DNA of 64,000 nt from an uncultured virus (IMG/VR IMGVR_UViG_3300031566_000004). Lineage: Duplodnaviria > Heunggongvirae > Uroviricota > Caudoviricetes. Position numbers and translations under genes: made by a program. The notes under the pieces were generated by a model, which was given only the letters and a program-made list of their open reading frames with translations, did not search any database and had not been told where the DNA came from. Below, one piece after another: positions 38,516 through 45,960 of the stretch; the first letter of the stretch is position 1; the number at the start of each line of letters is the position of its first letter. The DNA lies in the IMG/VR virus record IMGVR_UViG_3300031566_000004; one strand, written 5' to 3'.

Positions 38516-38677
38516 TTAATAAGGTTTAAACATTTTTTGATTAAGTACACTTATATTTTTAAAGTAAACAAGCATAAAGTAACAATCGTATGAATAATTC
38601 ATAAGAGAAGATTGTTTGTAAATATTATTAAGTTTAATATATATAGAAGGTAGAGGATAAATGTACCTGTTAGTCAT
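38516..38677 (-). CDS. array mini-protein 53 aa MTNRYI...FKPY
   Basis: hand-translated. Confidence 0.7.
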   Translation of the reverse strand: MTNRYIYPLPSIYIKLNNIYKQSSLMNYSYDCYFMLVYFKNISVLNQKMFKPY

Positions 38678-38692
38678 GTTAAATTAGTTTTA

Positions 38693-38860
38693 TTATGAAT
38701 TAATACTATATAATCTTATGGCATTAACCACGATGTATTCATCCACTGTAAAATATGTTAAAAGGTATTTCCCGTTAAATAAGTCTATAGAAAAATTTGA
38801 AAAATCATCCAACCATATGTCTAATTTATTGTCAGACTTGTTTAATCGTATATTAATCAT
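38693..38860 (-). CDS. array mini-protein 55 aa MINIRL...IRLYSINS
   Basis: hand-translated. Confidence 0.7.
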   Translation of the reverse strand: MINIRLNKSDNKLDIWLDDFSNFSIDLFNGKYLLTYFTVDEYIVVNAIRLYSINS

Positions 38861-38883
38861 ATGTTTTTATTGTTTTTAAAAGC

Positions 38884-39030
38884 TTAGTATAAAGAGCTTC
38901 TATTTATAGTAATAGTCATTATTTTAAGGGCACTAAACCCACCATGATCCCAGTTTACTATAATATATTTATAGGCGTATATTACATTGAATGGTTGGTC
39001 TTCTATTATTTTAAATTCAAGATTAATCAT
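38884..39030 (-). CDS. array mini-protein 48 aa MINLEF...SSLY
   Basis: hand-translated. Confidence 0.75.
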   Translation of the reverse strand: MINLEFKIIEDQPFNVIYAYKYIIVNWDHGGFSALKIMTITINRSSLY

Positions 39031-39031
39031 G

Positions 39032-39196
39032 TTAATAAAGTTTTAAATACATTCTGCCGTTTAATTCATGATATTGATATAATCTGTTTATATAAAAAGC
39101 CATTATACGATGAGCCAGATAATCTTCAGGATATTTTATAGCGCTTACATAATAAGGTGATTTTATTTTTAGTTTTATATATGTATTTTTAGTCAT
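39032..39196 (-). CDS. array mini-protein 54 aa MTKNTYIKL...LKLY
   Basis: hand-translated. Confidence 0.75.
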   Translation of the reverse strand: MTKNTYIKLKIKSPYYVSAIKYPEDYLAHRIMAFYINRLYQYHELNGRMYLKLY

Positions 39197-39347
39197 ATAT
39201 TTTAAAATTTTTTATCATTAAATTATCTGCTATTGTTTCCTTGTCTTCTTCACTTATTTCTTCTATAAGGGTGTAAAAATTACTACAAGGTGTTATTATT
39301 CTTATATAGCGGGGTACTAAGTAAAATATTTTTATATAACTGCCCAT
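39189..39347 (-). CDS. array mini-protein 52 aa MGSYIKI...FKIYD
   Basis: hand-translated. Confidence 0.7.
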   Translation of the reverse strand: MGSYIKIFYLVPRYIRIITPCSNFYTLIEEISEEDKETIADNLMIKNFKIYD

Positions 39348-39358
39348 AATTAGTTGAG

Positions 39359-39499
39359 TTAATCGTAAAGTTCAAAGTTATCAATAGTAACTATGTAACG
39401 TTGTATATTACCATATACAAACTCCCCTTTTACGTACCATTTATAACCTTTATAAGTAAAATCATACACTAAAGTGTCTTCTATTATTAATTTTATCAT
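39359..39499 (-). CDS. array mini-protein 46 aa MIKLII...FELYD
   Basis: hand-translated. Confidence 0.75.
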   Translation of the reverse strand: MIKLIIEDTLVYDFTYKGYKWYVKGEFVYGNIQRYIVTIDNFELYD

Positions 39500-39501
39500 G
39501 T

Positions 39502-39648
39502 TTAATATAAGTTTATGGCTATGTATTCAAGATTATCATAGTTAAATCTAAAGAGCGACCCATTAAATAAATCATACCTACGATGATTTTCTATTGAATC
39601 ATATATGTCTATGTATTCGTTATGTATTACTATATCTAGTTTAATCAT
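39502..39648 (-). CDS. array mini-protein 48 aa MIKLDI...INLY
   Basis: hand-translated. Confidence 0.75.
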   Translation of the reverse strand: MIKLDIVIHNEYIDIYDSIENHRRYDLFNGSLFRFNYDNLEYIAINLY

Positions 39649-39650
39649 AA

Positions 39651-39803
39651 TTAGTATAATTTAGTATTAGTTTCTTTAAGTCTTCCTGTAAAGTATGTTC
39701 TAGCAATTTTACGAGTAATAAATACTCGTATACGGCTATTATAAATTTTGTCTGTTATTTTCCACCCATATTTCTCGCTGGATAACATCCTGATATTTAT
39801 CAT
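39651..39803 (-). CDS. array mini-protein 50 aa MINIRM...TKLY
   Basis: hand-translated. Confidence 0.75.
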   Translation of the reverse strand: MINIRMLSSEKYGWKITDKIYNSRIRVFITRKIARTYFTGRLKETNTKLY

Positions 39804-39812
39804 AATGTTTAG

Positions 39813-40022
39813 TTAGTAAGGTTTAAAAGAGTCAATGATTCCTTGGTTAGGTTTATATCCATTTATACAAGGTGTATACTCGAAAGTAATAGCATTATTC
39901 TCTTTAAACCCATAATTATAAACTATTGTTAGATAATTTATACTAAAAGGATTAGAATTATTATGTCTATTATGATTTCTCATTAGAGCTTTATTATATA
40001 TGTTTATCTTAAGTACATTCAT
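39813..40022 (-). CDS. array mini-protein 69 aa MNVLKI...FKPY
   Basis: ORF track. Confidence 0.75.
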   Translation of the reverse strand: MNVLKINIYNKALMRNHNRHNNSNPFSINYLTIVYNYGFKENNAITFEYTPCINGYKPNQGIIDSFKPY

Positions 40023-40033
40023 AATATTTAATT

Positions 40034-40174
40034 TTAGCTATATAATTTAAGCGATTTATTTGCATACTTAAAATAATAATTTTTATAAGACGTATAATAT
40101 CCTATTTTATTATCGTATATACTAATAGCAACACCAAAAGGTTCACGACAATGTATTCTAATGTAGTTTTTCAT
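40034..40174 (-). CDS. array mini-protein 46 aa MKNYIRI...LKLYS
   Basis: ORF track, start moved to the ATG 1 nt after the upstream stop. Confidence 0.7.
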   Translation of the reverse strand: MKNYIRIHCREPFGVAISIYDNKIGYYTSYKNYYFKYANKSLKLYS

Positions 40175-40175
40175 T

Positions 40176-40358
40176 TTAATATAGTTTAAGTAAACCCCGA
40201 TGATATATATCGTGTCTTTCATTATAAACAAAATAAATATTATTAACAATAATCATATGCATAGTAGGATCACCTAACCATTTATAATTAACAATATTTA
40301 AACACATATAACCATATACTATAGGACCTTCATCTTGTATTTCGAAGTTTAAATTCAT
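40176..40358 (-). CDS. array mini-protein 60 aa MNLNFEI...LKLY
   Basis: ORF track. Confidence 0.75.
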   Translation of the reverse strand: MNLNFEIQDEGPIVYGYMCLNIVNYKWLGDPTMHMIIVNNIYFVYNERHDIYHRGLLKLY

Positions 40359-40387
40359 AATTAAGTGAGATTTCTAGTTAATATTAT

Positions 40388-40498
40388 TTAGTATGGTTTA
40401 AGGTAAATTTTAATATATTTTGGGTCATTATTTCTCATATAAAACGTGATATTATCATTATATGTAAGACAGTTTATAATTATATATGAATTATTCAT
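40388..40498 (-). CDS. array mini-protein 36 aa MNNSYIII...LKPY
   Basis: hand-translated. Confidence 0.7.
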   Translation of the reverse strand: MNNSYIIINCLTYNDNITFYMRNNDPKYIKIYLKPY

Positions 40499-40664
40499 AA
40501 TATTTAATTTCTGGGTTTACTATATCATTACTATAATTATTGTTAATAAAGAAATGATGTCTAGGATAGTAAGCAGTTGTATGGTAAGTTACTACATGCA
40601 TAAGCGTGTACGCTATATGCTTTTCAAAACGATAGTTACCTATGTAGATTTTTATATAGCTCAT
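40491..40664 (-). CDS. array mini-protein 57 aa MSYIKI...IKYYE
   Basis: hand-translated. Confidence 0.7.
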   Translation of the reverse strand: MSYIKIYIGNYRFEKHIAYTLMHVVTYHTTAYYPRHHFFINNNYSNDIVNPEIKYYE

Positions 40665-40709
40665 GTTTGTTTATTTAAATGAAATTTTATAGATTCCCGG
40701 TTTACCCTA

Positions 40710-40895
40710 CTAGTAAAGATTAATCTTAGATACATCATATATACTTATAGGATTATAACAGTTATTTATCATACACATTATCTCATAATTATAATCTGTT
40801 ACCTCATAACTATAACCTGTATGATAACCTCTATTGATAGTGATATAATGACAAGAACGAATTTTAGTGCTTTTGCTGAATTTAATTTTATGCAT
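40710..40895 (-). CDS. array mini-protein 61 aa MHKIKF...INLY
   Basis: ORF track; paralog of 40941-41105. Confidence 0.75.
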   Translation of the reverse strand: MHKIKFSKSTKIRSCHYITINRGYHTGYSYEVTDYNYEIMCMINNCYNPISIYDVSKINLY

Positions 40896-40940
40896 AATAT
40901 AAGTTTTAGTGGTGGATGAATAATCCCGGTTTACTGTAGA

Positions 40941-41105
40941 CTAGTAAGGATTAACCTTAGATGCATAATATAAACTTCTAGTATCATAAGAGTAATTTAT
41001 AAAACATATTATATCATTAGTAAAATCAGGTCGAAAAGTTCTTCGAATAACAAGATAATGAGAAGAACGAAGACTAACGCTTTTTTTAATTTTAATTTTG
41101 TACAT
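40941..41105 (-). CDS. array mini-protein 54 aa MYKIKI...VNPY
   Basis: hand-translated. Confidence 0.75.
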   Translation of the reverse strand: MYKIKIKKSVSLRSSHYLVIRRTFRPDFTNDIICFINYSYDTRSLYYASKVNPY

Positions 41106-41148
41106 AGTATATATAAGTGTTAGTGGTGAGTAAATAATCCCGGTTTAT

Positions 41149-41301
41149 CTAATACTCAGAATAAAGCTTAGTATAAATAAACAGTGTATGATAGTTACGA
41201 TAGTCACTATGATAAGTTGTTAGACACATACGTATTCTGGTCTTTCTATTGATGACCATTATGCATAAGTAGTCATGTTTAGCTATATTAATACTTGTCA
41301 T
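41149..41301 (-). CDS. array mini-protein 50 aa MTSINI...TKLYSEY
   Basis: hand-translated. Confidence 0.7.
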   Translation of the reverse strand: MTSINIAKHDYLCIMVINRKTRIRMCLTTYHSDYRNYHTLFIYTKLYSEY

Positions 41302-41389
41302 AGTGAGTGGTTTTTAGAAAGAGTTTAAAGTGATGTTTTATGTAGGTGGTTTTCACGTGCAGTCTGCAACACCCATAAACACTAGGGTT

Positions 41390-41530
41390 TCATGAGTTTT
41401 CATTAGGAATATTATATAATCTAACAGGTATATTAAGTATACTCACATAGTAACCACCATATACGTCTAAATAACCTGAATAATGCGTATATGTCCCATA
41501 ATTATCAAAAAAAGTAATAAGTTTTATCAT
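41390..41530 (-). CDS. array mini-protein 46 aa MIKLIT...VRLYNIPNENS
   Basis: hand-translated. Confidence 0.7.
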   Translation of the reverse strand: MIKLITFFDNYGTYTHYSGYLDVYGGYYVSILNIPVRLYNIPNENS

Positions 41531-41618
41531 AATTTATCTGTTTTTAGCAGGTATTATACCCATATTTAACACTTGTTAAAAAATGAACACCGCATAAACA
41601 CTGGGCTGAGTCAACTTG

Positions 41619-41663
41619 TTACACACGGTGGAGACTCACATTTAGTGCTTTTATATTAATCAT
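41619..41663 (-). pseudogene. truncated array unit MINIKALNVSLHRV*
   Basis: family start followed by an early stop inside a TGAGTC/GACTCA inverted repeat. Confidence 0.5.
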
Positions 41664-41808
41664 ATGTATATAGTCTATGGTTACGTTTAGTATAATAATT
41701 ACGGTGATATGTTAAACATATTACTGTTATGAAGCTTATAGGCAAAGCTCCGTAAGTTAGATATACTTTTCCGCTGTATGTAATATCATGTATATTTATA
41801 TTCATCAT
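41656..41808 (-). CDS. array mini-protein 50 aa MMNINI...HRLYTYD
   Basis: hand-translated. Confidence 0.7.
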   Translation of the reverse strand: MMNINIHDITYSGKVYLTYGALPISFITVICLTYHRNYYTKRNHRLYTYD

Positions 41809-41809
41809 A

Positions 41810-41959
41810 TTAGTAAAGTTTTAAAGGGATGTACCCAGGTGTTACATATGTAATGTTTCTATAATTTAATCCATTATCTAGTTTAAGATCTAATAAAATA
41901 GTGGTAGTAAACCCAGAAAAAGGTAAACTCCTATAACTAATCAACTTTATATTTATCAT
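41810..41959 (-). CDS. array mini-protein 49 aa MINIKL...LKLY
   Basis: hand-translated. Confidence 0.78.
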   Translation of the reverse strand: MINIKLISYRSLPFSGFTTTILLDLKLDNGLNYRNITYVTPGYIPLKLY

Positions 41960-41964
41960 ATATT

Positions 41965-42141
41965 CTAGTATAAGTGAAGTTTAATTGGAGCATTAGGAAA
42001 TACAAAGATATATCTATAATTCACTTCCTTAGTACCAGTATAACTTTTTATTAGAAGTTCTAAATATATATCAAACCCTCTATAACTATCATGATTTTGT
42101 TTAAAATACCCTTCTAATACATTAGCTTTTATATTCATCAT
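41965..42141 (-). CDS. array mini-protein 58 aa MMNIKA...LHLY
   Basis: hand-translated. Confidence 0.78.
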   Translation of the reverse strand: MMNIKANVLEGYFKQNHDSYRGFDIYLELLIKSYTGTKEVNYRYIFVFPNAPIKLHLY

Positions 42142-42157
42142 AGTATTGTTTTATTTT

Positions 42158-42310
42158 TTAGTATAAGTGAAAAGGAACTGAAAAGTCACCAAATATATAT
42201 ATAGAATCTTCCCCATATATATCCCTATACTTGGCCATACACAGATCAAATGTTATACCCGTTATATTATCAAAATGCTGTCTATACAAATAAAATTCTA
42301 GTTTTATCAT
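42158..42310 (-). CDS. array mini-protein 50 aa MIKLEF...FHLY
   Basis: hand-translated. Confidence 0.78.
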   Translation of the reverse strand: MIKLEFYLYRQHFDNITGITFDLCMAKYRDIYGEDSIYIFGDFSVPFHLY

Positions 42311-42311
42311 A

Positions 42312-42455
42312 TTAGTACATATTAAATTTGTTAGTAGGTTTTATTGGCGCATCGTTGTAGTATGTAAATAATGATATCCCCATAATGGCGTTGCTCTCTA
42401 CATTAAGCCGGATCATCATACCCCATTTATGTGTCTCTGCTTTTATATTTATCAT
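42312..42455 (-). CDS. array mini-protein 47 aa MINIKA...FNMY
   Basis: hand-translated. Confidence 0.78.
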   Translation of the reverse strand: MINIKAETHKWGMMIRLNVESNAIMGISLFTYYNDAPIKPTNKFNMY

Positions 42456-42467
42456 AGTGTTGTTTGT

Positions 42468-42599
42468 TTAATATAGTTGTAACTTAATAGCACGTCTTGT
42501 TAAGTAGTATCTACTATAAAACGTATTTTCATAATAAATATCCATCTCTCTATACAAAGTATAATCACCATAATAAGTTTTAAATTTCAAATTTATCAT
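42468..42599 (-). CDS. array mini-protein 43 aa MINLKF...LQLY
   Basis: hand-translated. Confidence 0.78.
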   Translation of the reverse strand: MINLKFKTYYGDYTLYREMDIYYENTFYSRYYLTRRAIKLQLY

Positions 42600-42604
42600 A
42601 AGAG

Positions 42605-42730
42605 CTAATATAGTTTACGTCTGGTAAAAGTGCATATATGTTCATATTTTACAGGCATCTCAATAAGCCATGTAATCTCAGGATAATAGTTTAGACAATG
42701 GTTAAATCGATATGAGAGTAATTTTATCAT
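42605..42730 (-). CDS. array mini-protein 41 aa MIKLLS...RKLY
   Basis: hand-translated. Confidence 0.75.
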   Translation of the reverse strand: MIKLLSYRFNHCLNYYPEITWLIEMPVKYEHICTFTRRKLY

Positions 42731-42750
42731 AGTGTTATAGTTTAAATTTA

Positions 42751-42885
42751 TTACCAGTTTCTGTTATGGTCATATATACGATAATTATTTATGTTGCATA
42801 TAAAGATGGTTGTTACTTTACTATACGTTTGTCTATACATAACAAGATATGTTCTACCTGATGGGAACTTATAGTATTTTATCAT
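42751..42885 (-). CDS. array mini-protein 44 aa MIKYYK...YRIYDHNRNW (first unit)
   Basis: hand-translated. Confidence 0.65.
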   Translation of the reverse strand: MIKYYKFPSGRTYLVMYRQTYSKVTTIFICNINNYRIYDHNRNW

Positions 42886-43048
42886 AGTGTTTAATTATAT
42901 ATTATTCTTTCTGATGGTAGCCTCGCTTCGCTCGCCCGCCGCTATTTCACACCGCTATGTCTAGCATATATAAAGACCCTTCATCAAAAAAAAATAATAG
43001 CATAATACCCGAAGGCATTACACTATTATCTTCTAGAATAATCTTCTA

Positions 43049-43450
43049 CTACTCTTCTCCAGAGCTAGGTGCAACAGGGGCTGCTTTCACGGGAGCTTTA
43101 CCTCGAGCTTTAGCAAGCATTTCGTTAGCCAATTGGCTAGCAAGAGCATTTCCAAGAGCTGTTCCAGCGTGCTTTTCTAACAACTGGTTAACACGTCTTG
43201 TCTCAGTTTGGTCAATAATATAACCAATACCGTCTTTTTCAACAAACGTAATATCTACAGTGTCACCTTCATAGATACCATTGGCTTGCTTAGTAGCATA
43301 GAACAAAGGTTTTCCACTTTCTTCGTCCGCTCTAAAGTTTGCACCTTGGTGTGCCTCGTATGCAGATAATTCTGCTGGCGTTCCACTTAATTCAAAAACA
43401 CTAACAACATTCCCGTTTTTAGTGTACTCGTTCACTTTTCTACCTTTCAT
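43049..43450 (-). CDS. hypothetical early protein
   Basis: 133 aa, preceded by the repeated motif and followed by a hairpin plus T-run. Confidence 0.75.
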   Translation of the reverse strand: MKGRKVNEYTKNGNVVSVFELSGTPAELSAYEAHQGANFRADEESGKPLFYATKQANGIYEGDTVDITFVEKDGIGYIIDQTETRRVNQLLEKHAGTALGNALASQLANEMLAKARGKAPVKAAPVAPSSGEE

Positions 43451-43549
43451 AATAAAGATTTTTAAATAATAAATAAATAATTAATTTAAAATTAATGAGG
43501 GAAGTAGACTATCTTTATGAGAGTTATTGTATACAAACCCAAGATAATC

Positions 43550-43714
43550 TCAGGCTTGTATAACAATATATTTAGTTCTATCTGGTTGTCTAGAACTCAT
43601 TTCAGTATAAGCTTTGTCCATAGCCTCATACTTACTTCTTGCCATCTTTCTAACAGAGAGCTTTCCTCCGCTATCTAGTATGATGTTTACAATAAATGTT
43701 TTAAAGTCGCTCAT
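43550..43714 (-). CDS. small early protein (54 aa, MSDFKT...)
   Basis: hand-translated; downstream of a motif copy. Confidence 0.6.
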   Translation of the reverse strand: MSDFKTFIVNIILDSGGKLSVRKMARSKYEAMDKAYTEMSSRQPDRTKYIVIQA

Positions 43715-43886
43715 ATGCTTGTGTATTAGTTAGTATTAGTCAGAAAATTGTGCTACCCTCTACAGCTTATAGAGAGTAGCAGCATTTAACTAAATTAAAA
43801 TTAAATCAGTATTAGTGAGGGCTGTAGACTATCTTTAAGTACACTAAGTAAACCGCGAGAACTTTCCCACGGTTTACAACTATATA

Positions 43887-44135
43887 CTAAAACAATAGCT
43901 TTACTAGTATACCTTTAGCTACTCTAGATACAGGACTAACTAATCCTTGATATCTAATGGCTAAATATACTTGTTCTGTGATAACAGTATAACCTGGTTT
44001 ATAATCATCTACAGATAATATCTCTTCAGGTATACCATTAGCATTTAATACTCTAACGTGTGATTTACTCCTTGTATCACATCTTTCTAGAAGTCTCATT
44101 TGACCTTCTATTTTTGCTCTAACAAATGTGCTCAT
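43887..44135 (-). CDS. small early protein (MSTFVR...)
   Basis: ATG downstream of the motif copy at 44174. Confidence 0.6.
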   Translation of the reverse strand: MSTFVRAKIEGQMRLLERCDTRSKSHVRVLNANGIPEEILSVDDYKPGYTVITEQVYLAIRYQGLVSPVSRVAKGILVKLLF

Positions 44136-44218
44136 AATTTCTTGGTTTTTAGTAAATAATAGTTTAATAATAGTAAGGGAAAAACACGAGATATTTAAAA
44201 AAGAGAGCACTAAGCTCT

Positions 44219-44356
44219 CTAATTATATATAATTAATACTTTCTGTAATGCTCTATACTTATAGAACATACCTCCTTCAACTTCTTCTATTACACAAGGT
44301 GCAAAGATCATGAAGTGTTTAAATGGTATAAAGTCTAAGACTATTCTTTTCTTCAT
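44219..44356 (-). CDS. small early protein (MKKRIV...)
   Basis: ATG after the shared leader AAAACTATATATT. Confidence 0.55.
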   Translation of the reverse strand: MKKRIVLDFIPFKHFMIFAPCVIEEVEGGMFYKYRALQKVLIIYN

Positions 44357-44396
44357 AATATATAGTTTTAGAGGTAATAAGGGAAAGACAACCCTG

Positions 44397-44666
44397 TTAC
44401 AGGTTATCTCTTTCAAAGAAACCTTCAATAGGTGACATACAACCTCTGTCTATACTATAAGGTATAGTGTCAACGTTACCGCCTTTAGAATAAACTATTA
44501 TATAATTAGGCTTGAGGTCTACCTTGTAGTCATGTTTAGGTTCAGTTTTGTCTATATGTATATCTGATCTAATCTCCTTAAATCTATTATCCATATATAA
44601 TAATAACGCTATATTTATTATACAAATATAACCCATCATCATCATTAATACAGTTACTGTTTTCAT
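44397..44666 (-). CDS. small membrane protein
   Basis: N-terminal TM helix. Confidence 0.6.
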   Translation of the reverse strand: MKTVTVLMMMMGYICIINIALLLYMDNRFKEIRSDIHIDKTEPKHDYKVDLKPNYIIVYSKGGNVDTIPYSIDRGCMSPIEGFFERDNL

Positions 44667-44692
44667 AACTTTTAATTTAAAAATATAAGCCC

Positions 44693-44899
44693 CTATTTAC
44701 GAGGCTTATATATGTTTTTACTCTGTTTGTCTACCTGCTTACGCCTAACGTCTAAGTCTTCAGTCGTTGTAACATGCACTAAATAGAACAATAATATTGT
44801 CCCGTTAATACCTGTCATTATAACAGCCATAGTTTCGCTGCCTAATACAATCATGGCTATACTAAGTACACACCAGTTAATCAATAATAAATACTTCAT
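44693..44899 (-). CDS. small two-TM membrane protein
   Basis: hydrophobic helices; shared leader. Confidence 0.6.
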   Translation of the reverse strand: MKYLLLINWCVLSIAMIVLGSETMAVIMTGINGTILLFYLVHVTTTEDLDVRRKQVDKQSKNIYKPRK

Positions 44900-44955
44900 A
44901 ATATATAGTTTTAATTAATATTTAAAAATAGTAAGGGAAGAAGAATGTGGATGCA

Positions 44956-45066
44956 CTAAGCACACATCCACATTACAAATATGTCAAGAGTTAACAACAC
45001 TGCTAACGTCTGAATCTTTTCTTTTCTTGTACCAGAGAATACTGGCATAATACATAATGTTAACAT
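44956..45066 (-). CDS. small hydrophobic protein (36 aa)
   Basis: hand-translated; downstream of a motif copy. Confidence 0.4.
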   Translation of the reverse strand: MLTLCIMPVFSGTRKEKIQTLAVLLTLDIFVMWMCA

Positions 45067-45124
45067 AATAATTGTTTTAAATAATAAATAGTTTAGAAAT
45101 AATAAGGGAAAAAGAACAAGGTTA

Positions 45125-45298
45125 TTACACCTCGCTCTTTAATACTATGTACTCTACTAGTACTAGCTCACTGTTAACTGGAGTAATCTTCCAGCTCTTA
45201 ATGTGCCCTATAGTAATCCATTGGTTAATCTTTTGCTGAACCTTACTTAAGTGTTCAGTGCTAACCATCTCTAATATAACTTTAACGTTGTTGTCCAT
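45125..45298 (-). CDS. small early protein (57 aa, MDNNVK...)
   Basis: hand-translated; shared leader. Confidence 0.6.
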   Translation of the reverse strand: MDNNVKVILEMVSTEHLSKVQQKINQWITIGHIKSWKITPVNSELVLVEYIVLKSEV

Positions 45299-45351
45299 AA
45301 TATATAGTTTTAAAACTTATAAGGGAAGAACACTCCCCTTATATAGTATTA

Positions 45352-45507
45352 TTATACAAAATCTGCCATATACTTACATAGCAACCTGTTTTGAATTCTG
45401 TTACTTAGTTCTTCTCTAACTAATTTATACAGAGTGTCCTTGTCTATCTCAGATACCTTTTCTAAGTTATCATTAATATACTTCATAACATTTTTAAGTG
45501 TGTACAT
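45352..45507 (-). CDS. small early protein (51 aa, MYTLKN...)
   Basis: hand-translated; first gene of the leftward arm. Confidence 0.55.
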   Translation of the reverse strand: MYTLKNVMKYINDNLEKVSEIDKDTLYKLVREELSNRIQNRLLCKYMADFV

Positions 45508-45798
45508 AGTCCTAGTTTTAAAAATTAATTTAAAATTAATAAGGGGGGAGCACCAAATTTTTTTTTAAGCTGGGGTTTAATTGTTATTACCCCTACACAA
45601 AGACAACAACATATTATATGGTATTTACCCATAGCATACACACGCCTATTATAAACTAGCAAAACTTACGCAACATCACTTAAGTTACAAATTACTAAAC
45701 TAAGTCTAAAAATGGGGGGGGTCTAAAATAACTTATCTAATGCCCGGGGAATATTTAAATAATTTTTGTATATTTACAGTGAACTTAAAAAATAGAAC

Positions 45799-45960
45799 AT
45801 GATCAATATAAACATTATCACAACGCCTAGAACCTATAGACCTATAAATAAACACATCATACGGTTAAAGAACACTTGTCCTATTATTAAAAGGCGTCAT
45901 GCAGAATACATGAGAGAGATGGAAAATCTAGTAATGTACGGTAATAAAAATATATTATGA
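45799..45960 (+). CDS. MINI-start mini-protein (53 aa)
   Basis: MININIITTPRTYRP...LVMYGNKNIL; hand-translated. Confidence 0.55.
   Translation: MININIITTPRTYRPINKHIIRLKNTCPIIKRRHAEYMREMENLVMYGNKNIL

Larger units (their letters stand above)
38067..42885 (-). other. tandem array of 28 intact + 1 truncated mini-genes with conserved termini
   Basis: hand translation: ORFs of 36-69 aa tile the minus strand, MI[NK][IL]K-like starts and x[LP]Y-like ends. Confidence 0.88.
43496..45548 (-). promoter_or_regulatory. 8 copies of a CCCT[TC]A (mostly TTCCCTTA) motif upstream of successive small genes
   Basis: plus-strand T[AG]AGGG at 43496, 43816, 44174, 44378, 44932, 45103, 45320, 45540. Confidence 0.65.

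Noticed and set aside
38944..40682. Plus-strand ORFs 38944-39141 and 40446-40682
   Set aside because: Antisense shadows of the minus-strand array genes.
38067..42885. CRISPR array
   Set aside because: No near-identical repeats, units are about 110-210 bp and coding, and no cas genes are present.
38067..42885. Diversity-generating retroelement driving the variation
   Set aside because: No reverse transcriptase in the window and no template/variable repeat pair differing only at adenines was seen.
37700..43000. Stop-codon reassignment as the cause of the ORF desert (known in some crAss-like phages)
   Set aside because: Long genes translate cleanly in the standard code, and most stops in the desert are TAA located at the family-conserved C-terminus, followed by a new ATG.
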